Positions 28,282 through 37,863 of a stretch of 51,974 bases of DNA are shown piece by piece. Each line of letters begins with the position of its first letter. Position 1 is the first letter of the stretch. Source of the stretch: a bacterium (GTDB lineage Bacteria > Patescibacteriota > Minisyncoccia > Phycocordibacterales > SBAW01); NCBI GenBank assembly GCA_005239955.1, contig SBAW01000024.1, forward strand, positions 1 to 51,974. The letters run 5' to 3'. A program made the position numbers and the translations under genes. The notes below the pieces were generated by a model, which saw nothing but the letters and a program-made list of their open reading frames with translations, did no database searches and was not told the origin of the DNA.

Positions 28282-30435
28282 ATGGCAAAGAGACGACGAG
28301 GCAGAGAGGAATCAGCTTTAGAGAAACTATCGGCAGGCATAGGGTCAGAGACCGGACGCACCATACTCGCTATCTTCTTTTTCGTTGCCGGCATCTTCCT
28401 TACGCTCGGAGCATTTGGCGTTGCGGGGGTAGGCGGCGCCGCTACCTATAGCCTCCTCACGAGCGCGGTCGGGGTGGGGTATTTCCTCCTCCCTCTTTTC
28501 TCCCTTGGCGCCTCGATTCTCCTCATCCGGAACACGACTGCGGGGATTGGGAAGCTCAAAACCATTATGGGCATACTTGCACTCCTCGGAACCCTCGGGC
28601 TCTTGGGACTATTCAGTTCCCAAGGCGGCATCGTAGGAGACGCTATTGCAGCGCCGCTTGAGGGACTTTTTGATTTCTATGCCTCCCTCCTTCTTTTGGT
28701 AGCGACCGTGACCATTGCCCTTCTCATTCTCTTTGACGCCTCCCTTCCCCCAGAACTTTTTGCACTCCTCCAAAGCATGTTTACGAGACGAAAAGACAAA
28801 GAACGCGAAATAAAAATTACGGGCGCTCCAGAGGATAGTGAGGAAGCCGTTGATGACGAAGAGTTCGTCGACGATGAAACGGAGAACGATGACGAGGAGC
28901 CGCAGATTGCCGAGCCTCGTCCCCTTAAAAAGCCGATCATTATTTCCGGTAATGTGGGAGCGTACACTCCCCCTCCCCTCTCGCTCCTTGAACGCGATCG
29001 CGGCAAACCGGGAGTGGGCGATATTAAAGCAAACGCCAACATCATTAAACGCGCGCTCCAAAACTTTGGCATTGACGTAGAAATGGATGAGATATCGATT
29101 GGTCCCTCCGTCACACGGTACGCCATAAAACCGGCAGAAGGTGTGCGGCTTTCAAAAATTGTCTCGCTCCAAAACAATCTCGAACTCGCACTTGCCGCTC
29201 ACCCGGTGCGCATTGAGGCGCCTATTCCGGGGAAATCGCTCGTTGGTATCGAAGTTCCCAATTCGACAAAGGTTACGGTCGGACTTGCGAATATGTTTGA
29301 GGCCGTCGACTTCCAAAATGCACCAAAGCCCCTCACGGTTGCTCTTGGTCGGGATATCGGGGGGGCTTCTCATTTCGCCAATCTCGCAAAGATGCCGCAT
29401 ATGCTCATTGCTGGTGCGACTGGTTCAGGCAAATCAGTTGCTATCCACGTCATCATTAATTCCCTCCTCTTTCGCAATTCCCCCGAGGCACTTCGGTTTA
29501 TTATGATTGATCCTAAGCGTGTTGAATTAACGCTCTACAATAAAATCCCCCACCTCCTCACCCCGGTCGTCACTGATGCCAAAAAGGCCATCCTCGCACT
29601 GAAGTGGGCCGCGAAAGAAATGGACCGACGCTACGACATTCTCGAAGCCGAATCCGTGCGTGACATTGAGTCCTACCACACCAATGTCTATATTCCCGCA
29701 ACAAAAAAAGGCACCAAGGGGGATGAGAAAGAGCGTGCGCCTGAACCCCTCCCCTACATTGTCATTATTATTGATGAGCTCGCTGACATTATGCAGGCCT
29801 ACCCGCGGGAATTGGAGGCAGCGATAGTGCGTCTTGCGCAAATGAGTCGTGCGGTCGGCATTCATCTCCTCCTGTCAACACAGCGCCCGTCAGTGAATGT
29901 CATAACGGGTCTCATCAAAGCAAATATTCCTGCCCGTGTGGCGCTTCAGGTAGCATCTCAAATTGACTCGCGTACCATCCTTGACGGCAGCGGCGCAGAA
30001 AAGCTTCTGGGGGCTGGTGACATGCTCTATCTCTCAGGCGATATGGCAAAGCCGACACGCCTCCAGTCTCCCTACATTGGCGAAACAGAGGTGAAGAAAG
30101 TGGTGCAATTCATTGCGTCACATAACGATCCGGAACTCCCCAGCGACCTGGGGTTCACGGGTAGCAATGAATCGTCGTCGGTATCTGACGAAATGTTTTC
30201 CGACGTGGGAGAGGGGGACGACGACGAGCTTTATGAAGAGGCGCGCAAGGTAGTCATGGAGGCGGGGCGCGCATCAACATCCTACATTCAACGAAAACTT
30301 CGGGTTGGTTACGCACGCGCGGCACGTCTTATGGATATGCTTGAGGAGCGCGGCGTTATTGGGCCCCAAGACGGCGCACGACCGCGCGAAGTGGTGCAGG
30401 GCGGCGTGCCTACCGACGAGTCTGTATCAACATGA
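28282..30435 (+). CDS. ftsK: DNA translocase FtsK
   Basis: N-terminal TMs, GPSVTRY, RIEAPIPGKS, PHMLIAGATGSGKS, IDELAD, TQRPS and gamma domain QRKLRVGYARAARLMD. Confidence 0.97.
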   Translation: MAKRRRGREESALEKLSAGIGSETGRTILAIFFFVAGIFLTLGAFGVAGVGGAATYSLLTSAVGVGYFLLPLFSLGASILLIRNTTAGIGKLKTIMGILALLGTLGLLGLFSSQGGIVGDAIAAPLEGLFDFYASLLLLVATVTIALLILFDASLPPELFALLQSMFTRRKDKEREIKITGAPEDSEEAVDDEEFVDDETENDDEEPQIAEPRPLKKPIIISGNVGAYTPPPLSLLERDRGKPGVGDIKANANIIKRALQNFGIDVEMDEISIGPSVTRYAIKPAEGVRLSKIVSLQNNLELALAAHPVRIEAPIPGKSLVGIEVPNSTKVTVGLANMFEAVDFQNAPKPLTVALGRDIGGASHFANLAKMPHMLIAGATGSGKSVAIHVIINSLLFRNSPEALRFIMIDPKRVELTLYNKIPHLLTPVVTDAKKAILALKWAAKEMDRRYDILEAESVRDIESYHTNVYIPATKKGTKGDEKERAPEPLPYIVIIIDELADIMQAYPRELEAAIVRLAQMSRAVGIHLLLSTQRPSVNVITGLIKANIPARVALQVASQIDSRTILDGSGAEKLLGAGDMLYLSGDMAKPTRLQSPYIGETEVKKVVQFIASHNDPELPSDLGFTGSNESSSVSDEMFSDVGEGDDDELYEEARKVVMEAGRASTSYIQRKLRVGYARAARLMDMLEERGVIGPQDGARPREVVQGGVPTDESVST

Positions 30436-30788
30436 AGCGCTTTCCTGCCCGGTGGTACGCCGGCATGGCGGCTATCATTCTCTTTGGCACTGGATTGGTG
30501 GTATATACCGGCATTAAGGCAGGCCCGCTTCTCCGGGGTCCGCAAATTACCGTTACTTCCCCTGCCCCCGGAGCAGTTAGTAGTGGGGGGCGCGTTGCCG
30601 TCATTGGTACAGCTGAGAATGTCTCCTACTTGACGCTTAGTGGCCGTCAAATATTTGTCGACGAGCGGGGCATTTTTAACGAAGTAGTCCTGGTGCCATG
30701 GGGGTATACTATACTTGAGATTGTCGGAAGCGATCGGTTCGGACGAGAGACGAGAGAGTATGCAGAGATAGTCAGAAAATCAGAGTAA
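30432..30788 (+). CDS. Small membrane-anchored Ig-like-domain protein
   Basis: TM helix, then [16 protein letters not shown]...I.I...DRFG. Confidence 0.65.
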   Translation: MKRFPARWYAGMAAIILFGTGLVVYTGIKAGPLLRGPQITVTSPAPGAVSSGGRVAVIGTAENVSYLTLSGRQIFVDERGIFNEVVLVPWGYTILEIVGSDRFGRETREYAEIVRKSE

Positions 30789-30804
30789 TCAGAATAAAAA
30801 AATT

Positions 30805-31863
30805 ATGGCAAAAAAAGATACGACCAAAGGTGAAGGAGGCAGTGTATCTCCGGCAGCGATTGAAGCGGCACTGCGGCAAATAAAAACAAAATTCGGCGAG
30901 GAAGCTATTATGAAGCTCGGCGAGCGACCAAAAGTCGCGGTGGGGGCCATCCCCACGGGCTCTATTGGTCTTGATTGGGCCTTGGGTATTGGCGGATTCC
31001 CCCGTGGTCGCATTATTGAAATTTTTGGGCCAGAATCATCCGGGAAAACAACGCTGGCCCTTCATGCAGTTGCGGAAGCACAAAAAGCGGGAGGTATTTG
31101 TGCCTATGTCGATGCCGAGCATGCGCTTGACCCTGACTACGCAAAACGTTTGGGGGTAAAAACAGATGATCTCCTTGTTTCGCAACCTGATACCGGCGAG
31201 CAAGCGCTTGAAATTGTTGAATCACTCGTGCGAAGCGGTAAGGTAGACATTATTGTTATTGACTCGGTTGCCGCCCTCACGCCAAAAGATGAAATCGAGG
31301 GAGAGATGGGGTCGTTTCATGTGGGAAAACAGGCGCGCCTCATGAGCCAAGCACTCCGGAAGTTGACCGCGATTGTTGCAAAAAGTAAAACCATCGTTAT
31401 TTTTATCAATCAAATTCGCATGCAAATTGGGGTCATGTTCGGCAACCCCGAAACGACGCCCGGCGGCAAAGCACTGAAGTTTTATACCTCGGTGCGGCTT
31501 GATATTCGCCGTATCGCTCAAATTAAGAAGGGGGATGAAATTATGGGTGGGCGTGTTCGCGTAAAAGTCGTTAAAAACAAAGTTGCGGCGCCTTTTAAGG
31601 TGACGGAGTTTGACCTCATGTACAACGAAGGAATATCGCGTGAAGGTGAACTTATTGCACTCGGTGAGAAACTGGGCGTCATTGAAAAATCAGGTAGTTC
31701 CTACTCCTTTGGAGAAGAAAAGCTTGGTCGCGGCTACGATGCCACCAGGGTGTACCTCCGTGAACACACCAAGACTGCCAATCAAATCCTCAAGGAAATC
31801 AGAAAGCGGCTCGAGGAAGGCGCGCCAGTTGTGGCGAGTAGTAGCTCCGAAGGAAGCGACTAG
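30805..31863 (+). CDS. recA: Recombinase RecA
   Basis: [47 protein letters not shown]. Confidence 0.99.
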   Translation: MAKKDTTKGEGGSVSPAAIEAALRQIKTKFGEEAIMKLGERPKVAVGAIPTGSIGLDWALGIGGFPRGRIIEIFGPESSGKTTLALHAVAEAQKAGGICAYVDAEHALDPDYAKRLGVKTDDLLVSQPDTGEQALEIVESLVRSGKVDIIVIDSVAALTPKDEIEGEMGSFHVGKQARLMSQALRKLTAIVAKSKTIVIFINQIRMQIGVMFGNPETTPGGKALKFYTSVRLDIRRIAQIKKGDEIMGGRVRVKVVKNKVAAPFKVTEFDLMYNEGISREGELIALGEKLGVIEKSGSSYSFGEEKLGRGYDATRVYLREHTKTANQILKEIRKRLEEGAPVVASSSSEGSD

Positions 31864-32183
31864 CGCGTTGCGAGTACGCGCGTACGCGAAAGTGACTGAA
31901 GGTCGCGAACCATTAAGACGAAGGCGAGCGCAGCGGTTATAAGGAGAAGCTGCACCGACATTTCAGTATTGAGGACAGCGGACGCGGCAAAATCAAAGAG
32001 ACCAGTGATTCCTTTCACTCGAAGCGCATTTTCAACAATATGAGCGAGCGACACCGCAAAGGCCATCGCGCCAAGGGAAATCCCCAGAACGTATGCTTTA
32101 ATCGCGGTTGCCGAGTAGGCCTTCCGTAAAAGATAGACCGCGTATATACCCCCCATAATTTTGCTTCGCAGTGGCTGTTTCAT
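31860..32183 (-). CDS. Small membrane protein, candidate anti-sigma factor
   Basis: Overlaps the ECF sigma stop codon; two to three hydrophobic segments. Confidence 0.55.
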   Translation of the reverse strand: MKQPLRSKIMGGIYAVYLLRKAYSATAIKAYVLGISLGAMAFAVSLAHIVENALRVKGITGLFDFAASAVLNTEMSVQLLLITAALAFVLMVRDLQSLSRTRVLATR

Positions 32184-32764
32184 AATGATGAATTGTTAGT
32201 AACCTTTCTAAACGCTTCTTTTGCCCGGTGAATGCGGGTCTTAATTGCCCCCACTGATCCCTTTTCTTTTTTGGCGATCTCCGCTTGCGAATAGTTCTCC
32301 AAAAAATGTAGGGCGAGTGCCTTACTCATGTGCTCGGGAATCTTTGAGAGCCCGCGCGCCACGAGATCGCCTACCTCACGCTTCTCTACCTCATCAATGG
32401 TATCGGGGAGGCTCTCATAGAACTCCGTATCAAGTACTACGGTTGCAGTACGATCGCGCTTCTTTTTCTTGTAGTGGGTAAGCGCCGTATTAATGAGGAT
32501 GCGGTACCCCCAGGACTTAAACGTCGCCCCTTCAACCTTTTTAAAGCGCTTCGCATTGAGATAGATCTTCGTGAATGCTTCCTGGACGATGTCTTCCGCC
32601 TCCGCTTCATCCTTAATAATGGAAAGTGCTTTGCGCAAAAACGCATCCTGATAGCGATCAAGGAGGAGCTCAAAATGGCGTGGATCCTCTAGGGAGCCGG
32701 CTAACACCTCTTCATCAGACCGCGTACTTTCCTCCGCGTTCTCCTCGAGTCGTAGATATTCCAT
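32180..32764 (-). CDS. ECF-type RNA polymerase sigma factor
   Basis: AEDIVQEAF, FKSWGYRILIN (region 2); YSQAEIA..GAIKTRIHRAK (region 4). Start at MEYLR. Confidence 0.92.
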   Translation of the reverse strand: MEYLRLEENAEESTRSDEEVLAGSLEDPRHFELLLDRYQDAFLRKALSIIKDEAEAEDIVQEAFTKIYLNAKRFKKVEGATFKSWGYRILINTALTHYKKKKRDRTATVVLDTEFYESLPDTIDEVEKREVGDLVARGLSKIPEHMSKALALHFLENYSQAEIAKKEKGSVGAIKTRIHRAKEAFRKVTNNSSL

Positions 32765-32982
32765 TGCCGCAATCGTAGCTGCCATTCCTCCCCTATGCAA
32801 CTGTAAAGGAACACAAAAGGTTGCAAAACCACTCTGTGTAGGTACAATGCAGCCAGAACTTCCGCGGTTGGATGCAGTTCGCGAAGGCGAGGAACAATAC
32901 CGTCGAGCAATACGTATCTGTATTGTGAGCGGTTTGTAACGATGCCGACAATGAAATGCGCCGACCACGGAAGTTCTTATTT

Positions 32983-33552
32983 ATGCTCCAGTACAATGAA
33001 GCAACATCTGGCAAATACATCATCCAAGACGGAGAGCCCTACGAGGTGCTTTCTTCCCATGTATTTCGCAAGCAACAGCGAAAACCGGTCAATCAGGTAA
33101 AGATGAGGAATCTCATTACGGGAAAAGTTGCTGACCGCTCGTTTCATCACACCGATAAGCTTGAGGAAGCGGAGATCACCACCAAGACCATTAAATATTT
33201 GTATACCAATCGTGGGGAGTCGTGGTTTTGTGAAGAAAACAACCCATCCGCGCGCTTTACTCTCCCCGGGGCGGTTGTGGGCGACGGCGTCCACTACCTT
33301 ACTGGCAATACGCTCATTGAAGCGCTCATTTTTGACGATAAAATCATCAGTGTTCACATACCAGTTAAGGTTGAGCTAAAAGTAAAACAATCCGCTCCTG
33401 CAGTACGGGGTAATACCGCACAAGGCGCGTTTAAAGAAGCGGTTCTTGAAACAGGCGTCACGATTCAAGTCCCTCTTTTCATTAACGAAGGCGACATCAT
33501 TCGCCTCAATACGGACACTGGCCAGTATGTGGAGCGGGTGAGTAAGCTATAG
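32983..33552 (+). CDS. efp: Elongation factor P
   Basis: KMRNLITG, YLY, PAVRGNTA, LETG..IQVPLFINEGD.I..NT.TG.YVER. Confidence 0.95.
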   Translation: MLQYNEATSGKYIIQDGEPYEVLSSHVFRKQQRKPVNQVKMRNLITGKVADRSFHHTDKLEEAEITTKTIKYLYTNRGESWFCEENNPSARFTLPGAVVGDGVHYLTGNTLIEALIFDDKIISVHIPVKVELKVKQSAPAVRGNTAQGAFKEAVLETGVTIQVPLFINEGDIIRLNTDTGQYVERVSKL

Positions 33553-33687
33553 AAGCACACTGCTGTGCTTCTATAGCTATACGAACCGGCCGGAGACATG
33601 TTTTTGCAGCAGCAAAAAACAGTCGAGGCGGGGTCGCGGAATTTTGTGAGCTGGCGAGCAAAATATCCGTGACTAGAGAAGTCGTGA
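33538..33687 (+). repeat. Family B element at the efp 3' end
   Basis: The stop region pairs with an antisense segment (AGCTATAGAAGCAC/GTGCTTCTATAGCT). Core GGCCGGAG...CGAGGCGGGGTCGCG...CGTGAC is followed by TAGAGAAGTCGTGA. Confidence 0.8.
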
Positions 33688-34136
33688 TGCTCCGCTTTCA
33701 GGATCTCTTCACCTGCTGGAGGTATAGTGTCTTTGGTACGTCACGGCTCGTCTAGGGAGGACCGCGCTGAAGGGCCCGCCGCAGAATGTGTCAAAACACA
33801 CGCGGCGGCCCTTTTTTATTCATTGCATAACTTCCTCGCATGCTTTCTATGAAACGCTATGCTTATGCAACAAACTGGCTTTGTGAGACGCCCCCGCAAA
33901 GTCGGCAACGGGCTTCACCAAAGCCCACCTGAGAGCCGTTTGCTTCTGTGGGAGGAGAAACGGCCCTCTTTCTTTTAGTAGTTATCCCCACGTACGCCCG
34001 AGGCCGGTAGGTATTCCTGCTATGTTGGCGTTATAGGCTCAGCCGTCCCGACTCCTCCCTCTCCTCCCGGGAGTCGCGGAACTGGCCACCACTCGTCCTG
34101 CGGCAGGACGAATAGTGGTGGCCACTTTGTTTATGG

Positions 34137-34346
34137 TTAACGTTGAACGTAAGGCAAAAGCCCACATGTCGGCCCGCGGCAAGCGGGCCACACGCAGGCC
34201 CCGCCTCGCGATCCCAAGCGCCGTCGCGCTTGGGGCCCTCGCTCCGGCCGCTCTTGCCTTTCAAACGCTGCGCGTTCTCCAGGAAATCAAAAGCCCGGCG
34301 AATGCCGGGCTTTTGGTATTTATCTTTGAACGTAAGGCAAGAGCCC
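34137..34346 (-). repeat. Family B element with a duplicated rpsR 3' end
   Basis: GLLPYVQR* is encoded at both 34320-34346 and 34137-34163. Antisense segment at 34250-34265; core GGCCGGAG...CGAGGCGGGG. Confidence 0.88.
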
Positions 34347-34556
34347 CATAAAGCGCGCGCGCTTCACGGCCTGCGAGAGAAGTTTTTGATGCTTTGCAGA
34401 GAGCCCGGTCTTCTTTCGGGACATAAGACGGGCATGGGGATTAAGAAACTTCCGCAAAATCTCGATATCTTTGTAATCGATGTGGCGGATATTATTGCTC
34501 GAAAAGAAGTCGCTCTGTTTCGATAAGGTCTCTTTTGTTTCTTTTACTTCTCGCAT
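34320..34556 (-). CDS. rpsR: 30S ribosomal protein S18
   Basis: IDYKDIEILRKF, TGLSAKHQ, AVKRARFMGLLPY. Confidence 0.96.
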   Translation of the reverse strand: MREVKETKETLSKQSDFFSSNNIRHIDYKDIEILRKFLNPHARLMSRKKTGLSAKHQKLLSQAVKRARFMGLLPYVQR

Positions 34557-34570
34557 GTCTTCAATGATAA

Positions 34571-35029
34571 TTAAAATGGAATGTCGTCGGGATTGATATC
34601 TTCTTCTGGATATTCAATGGTGTCAAGGTCTTTGCCTTTTCCTTTCGCAGGAGCGCTTTCATCAGCGACTGCTGCGGGAGCTGTGCTACCGCCTCCCCCA
34701 CCGCCTCCGCCGCGTGGTCCAAATTGGACACGCTCTGCGACAATTTCCGTGCGATATTTCTTTTCGCCATTACTTTCCCAGCTTCTCGTTTGCATGCGGC
34801 CTTCAACAAAAACACCGCTCCCTTTTTTGAGGTACTGCGAAACAATCTCGGCCTGTCGGCCAAAAACCACAATGTTGTGGTAGTCGGTATTCTCTTGTTT
34901 CTGTCCATCCTTCTTCCACACTCGATTCGTCGCAACAGAGAACGTTGCCACCGCCATACCGGAAGGGAGGGAGCGCATTTCAGGATCGCGCGTCAAATTT
35001 CCGTAGACAAGAGCTTTATTGAAGTACAT
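34571..35029 (-). CDS. ssb: Single-stranded DNA-binding protein
   Basis: GNLTRDPE, VEGR.QTRSW, Gly-rich linker and DDIPF tail. Confidence 0.98.
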   Translation of the reverse strand: MYFNKALVYGNLTRDPEMRSLPSGMAVATFSVATNRVWKKDGQKQENTDYHNIVVFGRQAEIVSQYLKKGSGVFVEGRMQTRSWESNGEKKYRTEIVAERVQFGPRGGGGGGGGSTAPAAVADESAPAKGKGKDLDTIEYPEEDINPDDIPF

Positions 35030-35033
35030 GCGA

Positions 35034-35555
35034 TTACTCTACCACCATTTTCTCGATGCTTCGATCGAGCTCTTCTTCTGAAACTGGAGCGGTAGAAGTT
35101 TCTTTTTTGACTTCGCGGCGCTTAATAGTCTCCCCTTCCATGCGATCGGAAACGAAAATGCGCTTCCCAAGCATCGTATTCTCGCGCACCGTCTTAATGA
35201 GAATGGCGCGGAGCACCATTGGCATTGCCTCTACGTTCTTGAGGATTGTAGCGGCTTCAGCAGGGTTAGCCTCAAACTTAAACCAGCCAAAATAGGCTTT
35301 GCTGTGGCGAGACCGCTTCCCCACCGAAACTTTTACCATCTCATAGGAGAGTGGGGTTTCTTTGGGGAATTCATCAGCAACGAAAACGCCGCCGCGAGCT
35401 TCTATAGCGGCACGAATGGCCGTCACTTCGGCTCCGAGATCTGCTTCGGTAACCGAGGAGAGGATATGGTAGCCAAGTTCATACACGCTGGACTCACTTG
35501 CGCCGCTCTCTTCTGTCGTCGTCACTTTTCCTTCTTGCATTTCTGATTCTGGCAT
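35034..35555 (-). CDS. rpsF: 30S ribosomal protein S6 with acidic terminal extensions
   Basis: YELGY, PLSYEM, AYFGWFKF, VLRAILIK; rpsF-ssb-rpsR synteny. Confidence 0.88.
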   Translation of the reverse strand: MPESEMQEGKVTTTEESGASESSVYELGYHILSSVTEADLGAEVTAIRAAIEARGGVFVADEFPKETPLSYEMVKVSVGKRSRHSKAYFGWFKFEANPAEAATILKNVEAMPMVLRAILIKTVRENTMLGKRIFVSDRMEGETIKRREVKKETSTAPVSEEELDRSIEKMVVE

Positions 35556-35578
35556 TGCAGGAAGAGCCTACCAAAAGC

Positions 35579-36400
35579 CTACGCGGTGCGCAACTGAAAG
35601 GTGCGCACCGCGTTCGCGACGGCGGCTGCCTCTATCTCATCTATCGAGCGTCCTTTTATCTCTCCTATACGCTTTACTACTTCCCGTACGTGGAGCGGTT
35701 CATTGCGCTCTCCACGATGAGGCGCGGGGGTTACATAGGGCGCATCGGTCTCGGTAAGAAACATATCCAAGGGTACGTTTCGTACGACCTCGTCATAATC
35801 CTTGGTAAAGGTAATGACACCGGTAAATGAGAGTGTAAATCCAAGATCAAGAAACCATGTTGCCTCCTCCCACGAGCCGGCAAAAAAATGAACGTTCCCT
35901 TTAACCTTTGCGAGACGCTTCACCATATCAAACGCATCTTTATACGCCTGCCGAATGTGAAGCATCAAGGGCTTCCCGACTTCGTTTGCAAACGCAATCT
36001 GCGCTTCAAAGGCAGCGAACTGTGCTTTTCGTGTTTCCGGTGTAAGACGGTAGTAGTCAAGGCCACACTCCCCTATGCCGACAACCTTGGGGTCACTCGC
36101 AAGTGCGCGATACATCGCGCTATCGAAAACTTCACCCGCGGAATTAAATCCTTTATGATCGCCGCCGCCAATCTCAGCGACATCGTGATAAGACTTTGAG
36201 GTATGAATTGGGTGGAGCCCAATGGTTGCCCATACATTCTCGTGTGTTCGTGCAAATGCAACCGCTTCTTGTGAAATCGACAACTTAGTCCCAACCGTTA
36301 TGAGCCCCACGTCTTCACTTCGTGCACGCAGAAAGGCAGCCTCCCGGTCTTCTCCATAGGCGGCAAACTGGAGATGCGAATGAACATCGACAAATTTCAT
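35579..36400 (-). CDS. tatD: TatD-family nuclease
   Basis: DVHSH, GLHP, IGECGLDY, LHIR, HFF, ETDAPY, RNEP. Confidence 0.95.
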   Translation of the reverse strand: MKFVDVHSHLQFAAYGEDREAAFLRARSEDVGLITVGTKLSISQEAVAFARTHENVWATIGLHPIHTSKSYHDVAEIGGGDHKGFNSAGEVFDSAMYRALASDPKVVGIGECGLDYYRLTPETRKAQFAAFEAQIAFANEVGKPLMLHIRQAYKDAFDMVKRLAKVKGNVHFFAGSWEEATWFLDLGFTLSFTGVITFTKDYDEVVRNVPLDMFLTETDAPYVTPAPHRGERNEPLHVREVVKRIGEIKGRSIDEIEAAAVANAVRTFQLRTA

Positions 36401-37854
36401 TAGTCTTTACCTGCCTGCGCAGGCAGGCGCGGAAAGAGATTTTCCGGCTTCTTATTTGCTTTGATGGCCTCTTTAATGGCCGCAGCGGTGCCGGGCACAA
36501 TGGGGGTAAGCATCCGCGCAATGGTATAGAGATCGACTACCAGTTCCTCAATGATTTTCTTTGCTATCTCCGGATCCGTTTTTACCATTTTGAATGGTTC
36601 AGTCTCTTGAATTTTTCGATCGAGCCGGCCAATCCACTCCCAGACAATGTTCGCGCCCGCATTTACATTGAAGGCTGCGAGTGCATTTTTATACTCGTCA
36701 GGAATGGTCATTTCGGGAATAGTGGGAGCGGTAGGGAGCTCTTTTTGTGCCATGGTGAGGATACGTGACGCGAGATTGCCGATCCCATTTGCCAATTCTG
36801 CATTATAAGCCTCTTTCACACGCTCCATCGTAACGTCACTGTCTTCAAAAAAGGATACGTGACGCGCGAGAAACCACCGCGTTGCGTCAATACCGTATCC
36901 ACTGACCAAATCCGTCGGAGCAATGACGTTCCCGAGCGACTTACTCATCTTCTGTCCCCCACTCGTAATAAATCCGTGATAGACAACGGTTTTTGTAGTT
37001 GGAAGATCCGCAGACATAAGCATCGCCTGCCACATAATTGACTGGAATCGTACTTGATCCTTGCCGGCAAACTGAATCGTATTGCCGTTTACCCAAAAGG
37101 TTTTAAAATCGCCCGATTCATTCGGCCATCCGAGGGTGGAAATATAATTCGTGAGCGCATCGAACCACACGTACATCACCTGCGAGTCATCTCCCGGCAC
37201 CGGCACACCCCACGGCAGACGTGCCTTATCGCGCGAAATACTGAAGTCCTCCAAACCCTTCTTCACGAACTGAAGAGCTTCTTCGCGTCGCCAGTCAGGT
37301 ATGACTGAATCTTCTTTCGAGAGATACGTAAGAAGTCTTTCTTGATACGCACTGAGACGAAAAAAATGATTCTCCTCGGCAATTTCAATTGGATCTAGGG
37401 TCGGATGGTTCGGGCACTTCCCCTCCACCAGCTCTGTCTCTTTTATAAACGCCTCATCGCCCACACAGTAAAGCCCTTGGTACTTTTTCTTATAAATATC
37501 TCCCTTAACAGCGCACCGCTGCCAGAGTTCTTGCGCGGCTTTTTTGTGAGCGGGATCAGTCGTCCGAATGAAGTGGAGATCTGGGGAGAGGTTGAGGAGC
37601 GGCTGAAGCTGTCTGAATTTTTCTGCATACTCGTCCACATAGGCATGCGGATCTTTTTTCTCCTCAAGCGCCTTGCGGTAAATCTTAAGCCCGTGCTCGT
37701 CAGTTCCGGTATTAAAAAAAACGTTATTCCCCGAAAGCTCCTGCCACCTTGCAATGATGTCCGCGTGTACTATTTCAAGCGCAAAACCGATATGCGGGTC
37801 GGCATTTACATACGGAAGTGTCGTCGTGAGATATAGATTGCGCGCGCCGTGCAT
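36400..37854 (-). CDS. metG: Methionine--tRNA ligase (short form)
   Basis: YVNADPHIGF, GTDEHG, YVWFDAL, KMSKS, ANGIGNLASR. Confidence 0.97.
   Translation of the reverse strand: MHGARNLYLTTTLPYVNADPHIGFALEIVHADIIARWQELSGNNVFFNTGTDEHGLKIYRKALEEKKDPHAYVDEYAEKFRQLQPLLNLSPDLHFIRTTDPAHKKAAQELWQRCAVKGDIYKKKYQGLYCVGDEAFIKETELVEGKCPNHPTLDPIEIAEENHFFRLSAYQERLLTYLSKEDSVIPDWRREEALQFVKKGLEDFSISRDKARLPWGVPVPGDDSQVMYVWFDALTNYISTLGWPNESGDFKTFWVNGNTIQFAGKDQVRFQSIMWQAMLMSADLPTTKTVVYHGFITSGGQKMSKSLGNVIAPTDLVSGYGIDATRWFLARHVSFFEDSDVTMERVKEAYNAELANGIGNLASRILTMAQKELPTAPTIPEMTIPDEYKNALAAFNVNAGANIVWEWIGRLDRKIQETEPFKMVKTDPEIAKKIIEELVVDLYTIARMLTPIVPGTAAAIKEAIKANKKPENLFPRLPAQAGKD
36410..36427. repeat. 18-bp palindrome CCTGCCTGCGCAGGCAGG within the last codons of metG
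   Basis: The 20-mer ACCTGCCTGCGCAGGCAGGC is identical to 22739-22758. Confidence 0.8.
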
Positions 37855-37863
37855 TGCGAAAGA

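Noticed and set aside
32765-32982. Long upstream extensions of the ECF sigma and efp ORFs
   Set aside because: The two extensions overlap head-to-head and lack family motifs. Downstream ATGs (32764, 32983) fit the expected protein lengths.
19036-34346. Diversity-generating retroelement (TR/VR) explanation for the duplicated gene ends
   Set aside because: The repeats are only 21-27 bp, the differences are silent and not confined to adenines, and no reverse transcriptase is present in the window.
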